Below, one piece after another: positions 22,459 to 34,156 of a stretch of DNA of 64,000 nt. Position 1 is the first letter of the stretch; every line of letters starts with the position of its first letter. The notes beneath the pieces were generated by a model, which did no database searches, was not told the origin of the DNA, and saw only the letters and a program-made list of their open reading frames with translations. The stretch is from Eukaryota sp. TZLM1-RC (Eukaryota; Protista; Metamonada: BaSk clade). The stretch covers positions 992,001 to 1,056,000 of the forward strand of contig JAUPSS010000006.1 in NCBI GenBank assembly GCA_040285825.1, written 5' to 3'. The translations under genes were made by a program, and so were the position numbers.

Positions 22459-22596
22459 AAATAATTAACATAATGTTGTGTGAAATAAAAAAATGATTTT
22501 TTTAACAAAAATGAAACAAACATTTTATATAAATAATAATGAATATATAATCTATGAACAAGAAAGTGATATTTTTATTTGAATCAACGATCGAAT

Positions 22597-23168
22597 CACG
22601 ATCGAAGACAATTGATGCCAGCAAACGAGAAAGAGATTCACCAACAGCAATTGGGCGTATTCCATCAGGTTTGATTCCGTTTCCAGGCTTTACTAAAAGC
22701 AATCAGACGTGCTGCAAGTAATTCAAATGGAGGATTAATTTTCAAAACAATTAATTGTTGAAAATAATGGGCTAGATCATCAGCAATTTCGGGAACACTG
22801 GAACACGCTATTTTTTTAAGAGATCAAAAGAAATTCCAAAATGCCAGCAAATGCCTTCTGATTGGCTCTTCTGCTCAAGACCTCGTGATAAACGATTCTA
22901 TTGTCCCTTTTACTAATTATAGTAGTGATGCTTTTTAAGTTCCTTGGTTGTTGGTTAGAAACGTGCCTCAAATTCAGAATGAATTGCAAGGTATTTTGGA
23001 AAAAAATGAAAATTGAACTTGATTCAATTTCTTCCTTAGATATAGAAAAAGCATATTAAATTTTTTTCATGCTTAAAATTTGCTACACTGGGAGAATAAC
23101 CCACATTTTGAGATCTTGTGCTCCTTCCACAGCATTAGATTTTTTTGTCGTTCATTTAATTCATTGAG
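22597..23168. mobile_element. Family A RT fragments with an internal inversion junction (~22840)
   Basis: Minus-strand RPIAVGE region joined to plus-strand NASKC region; the same junction recurs at ~33720. Confidence 0.8.
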
Positions 23169-23284
23169 TGTTGTTGTTGAACTCAAATTGAATTAGTAGG
23201 TTTCTTTGTATTTCGACTGATGACGTGATACTCATTTATGAATCAGTTTTATTAATAAACTACAGATTTTTTTCTCTCTCCTTC

Positions 23285-23336
23285 GTGTGTTCATCTGCCT
23301 AACGGCATCAATAATTATTGGCCCTTCTTATTTCAG
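23285..23336 (+). other. 52-nt putative intron spanning the LTR 3' end and putative PBS, ending at the gag ATG
   Basis: GTGTGT...CTAAC...TTCTTATTTCAG|ATG; precisely absent from 9 array units. Confidence 0.85.
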
Positions 23337-24093
23337 ATGACTGTTCCTTCTGTCAACCTCCCGTCTCTTTCTTCCATGAAAGTTGAAAGTGTTCTCTTGT
23401 TCCTACAACAGTGGAAGATCTATTCTTCTGTGACTTCTAAGAAAGAGCTTGTTCCAGCAAGACTCTTGGTCGATTCTTTTCTGTTAGAGTCCCTATCTCT
23501 CCAGAAATCCGACGTCTCTTCCAGTGACGATGTTCTTCTTAGACATCTTCAATCTGTCGTATCGTTCGCCACGTACGAAGATTTTTAGTCTGGCTATGTC
23601 AGAACTGAAGCTTGATGTCCGTATTGGTGACGTCCGAGAACGTATGTCCTGTTACCTGCGACGTTTCCTCCAGGTAAAGAGTAGGGCTTCCGGACTGAAG
23701 TTACCAGACACAGCTTTTCTGAATCGATTTGCCAGAGGAATTCTTCCCGTAGGTCTCCAACGTTCTCTACTAGCGAGAATTCGAGATGATGTATTCCCAG
23801 ATCTTCACTCTCTTGTCGAAACCACTACTGATGAGCTGTTGGACTGCTCTAGGGTTGCTTCATGGACTCGTGGTTTCAAAACCTCAGTGAATGATGTGGA
23901 ACGTACGGCTGGCACTAAAACGAGGTCCTCTTGGCGCTCTCAGGATTTAAAAAATCAATCGTGCTTCAAGTGCCACAAGCCTGGACACATCTCCCGCGAT
24001 TGTCCATCTAAAATCAAACATGAGGTAAATTATCTGTGTCACACAAACGATGCACCAAAGAGTTTAACAAACCCCATATCTTCCCTCTATTGA
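23337..24093 (+). CDS. gag: Gag of the single element (T-run frameshift ~23583, probably sequencing error)
   Basis: ORFs 23337-23588 and 23524-24093 reconstruct the 251-aa protein. Confidence 0.8.
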
Positions 24094-24114
24094 GCCAGTA
24101 CTGTATTTGTCCTC

Positions 24115-24136
24115 AGAAAAGTGGGAAAAAAAGTAG
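24115..24136 (+). other. Polypurine tract
   Basis: AGAAAAGTGGGAAAAAAAGTAG immediately 5' of the downstream LTR; present in every unit. Confidence 0.85.
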
Positions 24137-24278
24137 TGTTGTTGTTGAACTCAAATTGAATTAGTAGGTTTCTTTGTATTTCGACTGATGACGTGATACT
24201 CATTTATGAATCAGTTTTATTAATAAACTACAGATTTTTTTCTCTCTCCTTCGTGTGTTCATCTGCCTAACGGCATCA

Positions 24279-26997
24279 TGAGAACAGAATTTTTTTGTTG
24301 ATTTATTGGATGTAGAACCAGGAATGTTGAAAAAGTCACTTATTTTCTTCCAGCAAATTTGGGGGTATTGGATCGAACGATCGTCTTCGATCGTTGAAGC
24401 ATCATTTAATGCTAGTGATGATGCTTTGTTTAATGATGAACATAGAATTGCAAAAATATAGTTTAAATGTTGAAGATGATGAAATTGAGTTTAATGTTGG
24501 AGATGAATTTGTTCGTGGATTTATTAATTATGACAATATTTGTGTGTACACGTTTACACAAATACTTTAGATGCATTGAACATTTTGTTTGATTCTGAAA
24601 TTAATAAAAATATTAGTTTTATTAATCAAAAAAATTACCACTAGAGTACATTAAGGAAACTTTTTTTAAATGGAAAAAGTAAGTGAAAATGGAATTGAAC
24701 TCTATCAAAAATGTATTAAAGCTTTTGAAAATGTAGATTTCGATATTTTTATTAAATTCTGAAAAATGATTTTATTTTTTGAAAATGTTACGAGATCTTA
24801 TTCTAGAAAAAAATTACTACTAAAAATAAAAGATAAAGAATCATTTAGTACAAAAAAATATAATTGATTTTAATGAAAAATACAATTGTATCGAATTTTT
24901 TTAAAACGTAAATTTGAAGATGAGGAAAAATATGATAAAAACACGAGCCATATTTATTATCATTAATCACCCAAATTTTTAGATGTGTCGAAAACAAAAC
25001 TTAAAAATAATTTATTATACTGATTCATTATCTGATTGTTCATCATCTTCATTTTTCAAATTCATCTTTTTTTGTCTCCAATTAAATCTATAAAATTTGA
25101 TGTATCAAATGATTGTTCATCTTCATCATCCAATTCTTCAACTTCATCTTTTTTTCACAAATTTTTGATAAATCACCAGATGTAAGTGCTGATAGTGATA
25201 ATGCCATTTTGAAATAAAGATTAAAAATCATTTAATAAAAAAAGAACATATTTAAAAGAAAAAAATGAATTTCACTGCATGTGAGGGTTATTGTTCAATC
25301 AATACTGCAAAATATTTATTTCGTAATTGTATTTTTTTGGAAATCCATCAAATGAATTACATATAAGAGGAAGAACATCAAAAGATTTTTTTAGAAAAAT
25401 GTAGACTTTCAATTTCGAAATTAATTGGAGAAGGTGTGCAGGGTTTTTAGAAATCCATATTTTTAAATTAACTCGAAAATATTATTCATCTGGTTTTAGA
25501 TAGTAGTAACATTTCAGATAAAGAATATAAAACAAATGTTTGATAAAAGCAAATAATGAGGAAACACCAGAAAGTGAATTTATAACAGTGTTTTGGTAAC
25601 AGTGTGACATGTTTAATGAATGGATTATTGGGTACATTTAAAGAAAAAAATTTCCAAATATGGTTGTTGCTTTACATCCTGGCAATCATCCATCAATTGA
25701 AAAAAATTCTTGCTGCAAAAAAATATTGAATTTGTTTATACAGATGAAATTGATTCAGAAATATTTCACAGAATTAGAATGGTTATTGTTCCATTAATTT
25801 CATCTAGAGATGGAGAAATTGTTGATGTAAAAAGAATTTTTTTCAAACAATTTGGAAAAAAATGTTTACAAAGTAATGGATGTTGCTCAAGCACTTGGTG
25901 TTTTGGATTATAAAGATTTATCAGTAAAGACAAATAGATCTGATTTTTGCCTTATTTTCATCTGAAAAAAATTGGAATGGAAGGTGTGGCTGGAATGACA
26001 TTTAATAGGAATATTTTACATCCAGATGGTATGTAGATAGTTTTTGGAAAGTGTTTAGAAAAAAATGAATTAAATCAAGTATATTGTAAATTTTTTTATT
26101 AAAAACGAATGAAAATGTTTAACAACAATGAATTTGATGATATGATTTTATATATAAAAACAATAAAAAGAACCAATAAAACACATATTATAAAAAAAAT
26201 ATAGTTGAACAATTAAATTTGTAAATATACTAAAAAAATATACCAAAAATGAGTTTTGAAGAAAACTTTTTAAATATGATTCTCGCAGAAATTCTTGGAA
26301 CTTTTTGCATATGAAGAAGATGTTGATTTATCTATGATTGCTGAATCCGAAGTTATAGTTGCAAAACCAAATGATGAAATTATTAAAAAAATATATTAAG
26401 TGATTATGATCCAGAAGAAATATCAACTTTTTAAATATATTAGAATTAAAGGAAGTCCACAAGAACAAATTGAACGAATTTATCATTATTGGAAATTCTT
26501 TGATTTTTGATAGTGATGAATTTGAATTTATAAGAATGGTTTTGGAAAACGTAATTGGTTTTAAAAATTAAAAAAATGATTATTTAATTTTTAAAATGAA
26601 TTGGCTTTTATGAAAATGTCGATTATGATTTATAATGCAATAGTTACAAAAATGGAAATTATTGTGAACATGTAATTGCAAAATATTTAAGTTTTGAAAG
26701 AACATCTATTAATGAATTTAAAAAGAAATATCAAAATTATCCATGTCCTGATATTGAAACTCCAAATTATTTCTTAGAAATCAAATCAATGAATTGGACT
26801 TCAAGTGGTTCTGCTTGGGAAAAAAAGTATTGGGTTGTCCAATAAAAATATTTTTGAATTGGCAAAAAAATTAAACCAGTAAAAAAATAATTCTGTGTTG
26901 TAAGATATTGGATCTATGTAATGGATATGTAATTGGTGATTTAAGTGTTGAGCGAAAGGAATATATAGATTTTTTTGTAAAAACTCGCAACATTACA
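24279..26997 (+). repeat. Direct duplication of 13194-15854 (RT fragment + left part of the viral insert)
   Basis: Same sequence with more homopolymer expansions; cut off at ...CAACATTACA by family A sequence. Confidence 0.95.
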
Positions 26998-29203
26998 ATT
27001 GTAGTCCCTATTTGTATGAGTTATCTTGTGAACTTGAAAAAAATTGCCGCCACAAATTTGGACCAAATGTTTTCCTCAATCAATTCAAGTAAATACAAAT
27101 AGCATATTCCTGGATAACTTAAGAGAAGAAATATCCAGTTTATCTCCCGACTTATGGCAATCATGTTTCCCCATATCCATTCAAGAAATTCCAGACAGAA
27201 GTTTATATTCATTAAAATTTGCGTTGAAAAAAAGCTCCAACGACATCTTTGAAAAATTTTGAAAACAAGGATTTTTATTGTTCGACTTAGCACGGCTAAG
27301 AAAGAAAAATCCTGCTTTTGCCAATTTTTTTGATTGATTTGAAGGACAGTTCATCTGCAGTTTTGATAAATCAAATTCCCCAGATTTATGGTCTATTTTT
27401 TTGAATGACGACCAATGGACCACTGCTATGAGAATGCGTTGTTATTTATGGCCTTGTAATTTGCCCAATGATTTGTTTTTGTAAATGTGGAGCTGGTTTT
27501 GACATTATCACATTTATTTAATTGTAATAGATATATTTCCTATCGTTCTACGTTGCATGATGCAGTCAGAGATCAAATCCATGCAATGTGTAATTCCTAT
27601 CATATTGAATCTTTTTGTAGAACCTTTGTTGAGGTCTCTTGATATAAATGAAAGCGTAAGAGATTCAGAATATGGAAAAACGACGTGCTGATGTTGTTGT
27701 GCCCTCGTTTGATGATGTCATGAATGTTGTTGATGTCGTAACAGTGGATGTTTGCAAGAAAAAAATGCCTTGAAAAAAATGCTCAATCCGAAGTATCCCC
27801 CTTGATGACTCCGAATTGCACAAACGGAAAAAAAGTATGCAAATCCTTTGAAAAGAATTGAAACATGTTCGCCATGTAGATTACCAAATTTGCCCATTTG
27901 CTATATCGTTGTATGGTCGTCTTGGAAAAACTGCTTTTGAATTTTTATTGATGATTTTTGAAAATCTTGTGAAAAAAAGAATGAATAAGCGTTTTTGATC
28001 GTCGCTTGTGGCTAAATCGTATTGTTTTTTTACTATTTTTCAAATCAATTCCTAAAATGATTTCGAAAGCTTTAATGTCTGTCAGTGCACATTATGAAAA
28101 CATTGCTGCTGTAAGGTTTGATGGTGTGGAAGCTTGTGTTGAAGATATTGACTTTTTAGACTGTGGTTTTGAAAATAAATTAAAATTAAATTAAAAAAAT
28201 CAATTCAAGAAATTCCAAATCGATCTCTATTTAATTTACAGTTTTTGCTGTAAAAAGCTTCAACAAAAAAATTGTCAAAGATTTTTTTGAAAGCTTGGAT
28301 TTTTGATGTTAGACTTGGCTTGGCCAAGAAAAAAAGAATCCCGCTTTTGCAAATCTTTTTACAAGATATGTGTGACAGTACTTCTTCTGCCTTAGTAACA
28401 ACAATTCCGCAAGTTTATGGTACTCTCTTATCCGATTCTGCTTGGACTCTGAATATGAGATTTCGTTCCTTTATCTGGCCTGATAATTTACCTCATAATT
28501 TAATTTGTAAATGTTCTCGAGAAATGACAACTACTCATTTGTTAAATTGTAAACATTTTATTACTTTTTAGAAGCAAGGTTCATGATGCTGTAAGAGACC
28601 AGTTATATTGTATGTGTAAATCTCATAGAATTGAATCCTTCTTGGAACCTCTGTTGTCAAATCTGTTTAATGCTGAAGATGATTTTTCATAAGAATAATA
28701 GAGGTGATGTCATATTACCTGGATTAGATGGAAGCTTCATTTTTATTGGATGTAATGTCTGTTGATCCTTGTAATGCCTCAAATGAAAGGCTTGTTAATT
28801 CTGAAATTCATAATCCTCTTTCAAATGCTGAAAATTTCAAATTCAAAAAAATACAATGAACCTTTGTCCAAATTGGCCAGTCTACAGCATGCAAAAATAC
28901 AATTTGTATCCATTTGTATTTTTCCCATTTTGGTTCACTTGCACCAACTGCTTTACGTTTTTTTGGATGATTGTGAAATGATTGTACAGAGAAGAACTAG
29001 CAGAAATTTCAACAGATTGTTTTTGGCAAAAATAGAATTGTGTTTTTCTATTTTTTTAAGGGGATGTTGAAGATGGTTTCAGATCCTTTGCTTTCTCTTG
29101 GATCTCACTATGAGAGAGTTGCATCTAGTGTTTTTGTTTTGGGAGAGATGGATTTTTTTAGATGTTGATTTGTAGGTTTGAATAAAATGAAAATTAATAA
29201 ACA
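26996..29203 (+). mobile_element. 5'-truncated family A element with a nested family B copy (27090-28197)
   Basis: B copy ends in an A-rich tail and is flanked by TSD AATCAATTCAAG (27078-27089, 28198-28209). Confidence 0.85.
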
Positions 29204-29648
29204 AAAATTTATTACTTTTAGATCAAAAGTGCATGATGCAGTTCGTGATCAGCTCTATTGTATGTTTAAGTCCTACCGGATTGAATCTTTTTAGAACCTT
29301 TGCTTTCAAATCTGGCTGATGAATCTGACAAAAAAATTCTTCTGGTGACAGCCGTGGTGATGTGCTAGTTCCCCGACTTGATGGATCAATGATCATATTG
29401 ATATCAGATCTACTGATGTATCAAACAGCTCAAATGAAAAAAACTGGCACAATCTTATAATTCACCTTTACGTAGAGCTGAAGAAGCGAAAAATTATCAA
29501 GTACACAGAAAAAAATCAATAATCTGAATTCCAACTCACATACTCAATACCTTCTTTGTCCTTTTGCTTTTTTTCTTTATTTGGAACCTTGGGTAAAAAC
29601 CGCTTTATTATTTCTAGATGATTTCTCTACTATTGTCAAAAAAACTGG
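29204..29648 (+). mobile_element. Family C non-LTR endonuclease region, interrupted by the gag-LTR array
   Basis: FITFRSKVHDAVRDQLY..EP..RGDVLVP..; ends ...AAAACTGG at the LTR. Confidence 0.8.
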
Positions 29649-32645
29649 TGATGCCGTTAGGCAGATGAACACACGAAGGAGAGAGAAATCTGTTGTTTAT
29701 TAATAAAACTGATTCATAAATGAGTATCACGTCATCAGTCGAAATACAAAGAAACCTACTAATTCAATTTGAGTTCAACAACAACACTACTTTTTTTCCC
29801 ACTTTTCTGAGGACAAATACAGTACTGGCTCAATAGAGGGAAGATATGGGGTTTGTTAAACTCTTTGGTGCATCGTTTGTGTGACACAAATAATTTACCT
29901 CATGTTTGATTTTTAGATGGACAATCGCGGGAGATGTGTCCAGGCTTGTGGCACTTGAAGCACGATTGATTTTTTTAAATCCTGAGAGCGCCAAGAAAAC
30001 CTCGTTTTAGTGCCAGCCGTACGTTCCACATCATTCACTGAGGTTTTGAAAAACACGAGTCCATGAAGCAACCCTAGAGCAGTCCAACAGCTCATCAGTA
30101 GTGGTTTCGACAAGAGAGTGAAGATCTGGGAATACATCATCTCGAATGCTCGCTAGTAGAGAACGTTGAAGACCTACGGGAAGAATTCCTCTGGCAAAAT
30201 CGATTCAGAAAAAGCTGTGTCTGGTAACTTCAGTCCGGAAGCCCTACTCTTTACCTGGAGGAAACGTCGCAGGTAACAGGACATACGTTCTCGGACGTCA
30301 CCAATACGGACATCAAGCTTCAGTTCTGACATAGCCAGACTAAAATCTTCGTACGTGGCGAACGATACGACAGATTGAAGATGTCTAAGAAGAACATCGT
30401 CACTGGAAGAGACGTCGGATTTCTGGAGAGATAGGGACTCTAACAGAAAAGAATCGACCAAGAGTCTTGCTGGAACAAGCTCTTTTTTAGAAGTCACAGA
30501 AGAATAGATCTTCCACTCTTGTAGGAACAAGAGAACACTTTCAACTTTCATGGAAGAAAGAGACGGGAGGTTGACAGAAGGAACAGTCATGAAGGAGAGA
30601 GAGAAATCTGTTGTTTATTAATAAAACTGATTCATAAATGAGTATCACGTCATCAGTCGAAATACAAAGAAACCTACTAATTCAATTTGAGTTCAACAAC
30701 AACACTACTTTTTTTCCCACTTTTTCTGAGGACAAATACAGTACTGGCTCAATAGAGGGAAGATATGGGGTTTGTTAAACTCTTTGGTGCATCGTTTGTG
30801 TGACACAAATAATTTACCTCATGTTTGATTTTTAGATGGACAATCGCGGGAGATGTGTCCAGGCTTGTGGCACTTGAAGCACGATTGATTTTTTTAAATC
30901 CTGAGAGCGCCAAGAGGACCTCGTTTTAGTGCCAGCCGTACGTTCCACATCATTCACTGAGGTTTTGAAACCACGAGTCCATGAAGCAACCCTAGAGCAG
31001 TCCAACAGCTCATCAGTAGTGGTTTCGACAAGAGAGTGAAGATCTGGGAATACATCATTTCGAATGCTCGCTAGTAGAGAACGTTGAAGACCTACGGGAA
31101 GAATTCCTCTGGCAAATCGATTCAGAAAAAGCTGTGTCTGGTAACTTCAGTCCGGAAGCCCTACTCTTTACCTGGAGGAAACGTCGCAGGTAACAGGACA
31201 TACGTTCTCGGACGTCACCAATACGGACATCAAGCTTCAGTTCTGACATAGCCAGACTAAAAATCTTCGTACGTGGCGAACGATACGACAGATTGAAGAT
31301 GTCTAAGAAGAACATCGTCACTGGAAGAGACGTCGGATTTCTGGAGAGATAGGAACTCTAACAGAAAAAGAATCGACCAAGAGTCTTGCTGGAACAAGCT
31401 CTTTCTTAGGAGTCACAGAAGAATAGATCTTCCACTCTTGTAGGAACAAGAGAACACTTTCAACTTTCATGGAAGAAAGAGACGGGAGGTTGACAGAAGG
31501 AACAGTCATCTGAAATAAGAAGGGCCAATAATTATTGATGCCGTTAGGCAGATGAACACACGAAGGAGAGAGAAATCTGTTGTTTATTAATAAAACTGAT
31601 TCATAAATGAGTATCACGTCATCAGTCGAAATACAAAGAAACCTACTAATTCAATTTGAGTTCAACAACAACACTACTTTTTTTCCCACTTTTCTGAGGA
31701 CAAATACAGTACTGGCTCAATAGAGGGAAGATATGGGGTTTGTTAAACTCTTTGGTGCATCGTTTGTGTGACACAAATAATTTACCTCATGTTTGATTTT
31801 TAGATGGACAATCGCGGGAGATGTGTCCAGGCTTGTGGCACTTGAAGCACGATTGATTTTTTTAAATCCTGAGAGCGCCAAGAGGACCTCGTTTTTAGTG
31901 CCAGCCGTACGTTCCACATCATTCACTGAGGTTTTTGAAACCACGAGTCCATGAAGCAACCCTAGAGCAGTCCAACAGCTCATCAGTAGTGGTTTCGACA
32001 AGAGAGTGAAGATCTGGGAATACATCATCTCGAATGCTCGCTAGTAGAGAACGTTGAAGACCTACGGGAAGAATTCCTCTGGCAAATCGATTCAGAAAAG
32101 CTGTGTCTGGTAACTTCAGTCCGGAAGCCCTACTCTTTACCTGGAGAAAACGTCGCAGGTAACAGGACATACGTTCTCGGACGTCACCAATACGGACATC
32201 AAGCTTCAGTTTTGACATAGCCAGACTAAAATCTTCGTACGTGGCGAACGATACGACAGATTGAAGATGTCTAAGAAGAACATCGTCACTGGAAGAGACG
32301 TCGGATTTCTGGAGAGATAGGGACTCTAACAGAAAAGAATCGACCAAGAGTCTTGCTGGAACAAGCTCTTTCTTAGAAGTCACAGAAGAATAGATCTTCC
32401 ACTCTTGTAGGAACAAGAGAACACTTTCAACTTTCATGGAAGAAAGAGACGGGAGGTTGACAGAAGGAACAGTCATCTGAAATAAGAAGGGCCAATAATT
32501 ATTGATGCCGTTAGGCAGATGAACACACGAAGGAGAGAGAGAAAAAATCTGTAGTTTATTAATAAAACTGATTCATAAATGAGTATCACGTCATCAGTCG
32601 AAATACAAAGAAACCTACTAATTCAATTTGAGTTCAACAACAACA
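29649..32645 (-). mobile_element. gag: Array of 3 gag-only units (gag 31717-32476, 30749-31509, 29830-30590); two retain and one lacks the 52-nt segment
   Basis: Segment present at 32477-32528 and 31510-31561, absent at 30590/30591. Upstream flank TGAG, downstream flank CCAG. Confidence 0.95.
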
Positions 32646-34132
32646 CTCAATGAATTAAATGAACGACAAAAATCTAATGCTGTGGAAGGAGCACAAGATC
32701 TCAAAATGTGGGTTATTCTCCCAGTGTAGCAAATTTTTAAGCATGAAAAAAATTTAATATGCTTTTTCTATATCTAAGGAAGAAATTGAATCAAGTTCAA
32801 TTTTTCATTTTTTTCCAAAATACCTTGCAATTCATTCTGAATTTGAGGCACGTTTCCTAACCAACAACCAAGGAACTTAAAAAGCATCACTACTATAATT
32901 AGTAAAAGGGACAATAGAATCGTTTATCACGAGGTCTTGAGCAGAAGAGCCAATCAGAAGGCATTTGCTGGCATTAAGATAAAGGCCAATTTTTTTCATA
33001 TGAATCGGCAATTTCTTGAGCAACTAATTCTAGTAAATCAAATGAACCAATCAAGGATAAATCATCCATATAAGCAACTATTTTTTTATAGAAGGGTATT
33101 TTTTTGCTTAATGATATTTAAAGTTTTTGTGAATAGCTAAACAAAACAATAATGGACCTAAAGGATCACCTTGCTTCACACCAGAAGATGATTTAAGACC
33201 AAATGAATTAAAAAAATTAAATCTGATTCTTTTCCCATAAAGATGGTAGAAAAAAACTCGATAGCTCAGGAAAATCAGATTTAATAATTTCAAAAAAATT
33301 GCTTCTCGCTTTACAGAATTAAAAGCATTTTTTTAAAGTCGAGATTAAAAAAATAAAATTATTTTTCCTCTGCATTAAAAAAAGGTATCAGAGGCAATAG
33401 CAGCAACAGAAGCACCATCAATTGTTTTGATTCCAAATTGATGAGGATTCAAAAAAATGTAGAAGCTTTGTCTTTGACACGATCGAAGACAATTGATGCC
33501 AGCAAACGAGAAAGAGATTCACCAACAGCAATTGGGCGTATTCCATCAGGTTTGATTCCGTTTCCAGGCTTTTACTAAAAGCAATCAGACGTGCTGCGAG
33601 TAATTCAAATGGAGGATTAATTTTTCAAAACAATTAATTGTTGAAAATAATGGGCTAGATCATCAGCAATTTCGGGAACACTGGAACACGCTATTTTTTT
33701 AAGAGATCAAAAGAAATTCCAAAATGCCAGCAAATGCCTTCTGATTGGATCTTCTGCTCAAGATCTCGTGATAAACGATTCTATTGTCCCTTTTACTAAT
33801 TATAGTAGTGATGCTTTTTAAGTTCCTTGGTTGTTGGTTAGAAACGTGCCTCAAATTCAGAATGAATTGCAAGTTATTTTTGGAAAAAAATGAAAATTGA
33901 ACTTGATTCAATTTCTTCTTTAGATATAGAAAAAGCATATTAAATTTTTTTCATGCTTAAAATTTGCTACACTGGGAGAATAACCCACATTTTGAGATCT
34001 TGTGCTCCTTCCATAGCATTAGATTTTTTTGTCGTTCTTTTAATTCATTGAGAACAGAATTTTTTTGCTGATTTATTGGATGTAGAACCAGGAATGTTGA
34101 AAAAGTCACTTATTTTTCTTCAGCAAATTTGG
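32646..34132. mobile_element. Family A RT region as a fold-back (minus 32646-33720, plus 33722-34132)
   Basis: QGDPLGPLLF and YMDD on the minus strand; ~330 bp of the two arms are inverted copies. Confidence 0.8.
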
Positions 34133-34156
34133 ATAAATTTTTATTTAGCAAATTTT

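Larger units (their letters stand above)
13311..22583. mobile_element. Decayed endogenous viral element, probably from a large dsDNA virus (Nucleocytoviricota-like), possibly mosaic
   Basis: Abrupt switch to very AT-rich, tightly packed, apparently intronless short ORFs. Dam + PD-(D/E)XK pair, NifS-like, RING and fibre-like genes; shared upstream motif; both ends appear to cut through ORFs. No capsid or polymerase hallmark recognised. Confidence 0.65.
23169..24278 (+). mobile_element. Complete 1,110-bp gag-only LTR retrotransposon (non-autonomous, TR-GAG/TRIM-like architecture)
   Basis: LTRs 23169-23310 and 24137-24278; TSD TGAG (23165-23168, 24279-24282). The empty site TCATTGAGAACAG is seen at ~34045, ~50073 and ~61434. 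Confidence 0.95.

Noticed and set aside
13299-22595. Polinton or DNA transposon with terminal inverted repeats
   Set aside because: The inverted repeat is only 12 bp, there is no TSD, both ends appear to truncate ORFs, and no pPolB, integrase or capsid was recognised.
23319-23336. Assigning a specific primer tRNA to the putative PBS
   Set aside because: The TGG is 8 nt from the LTR end, and I cannot match it to a tRNA 3' end without the host tRNA set.
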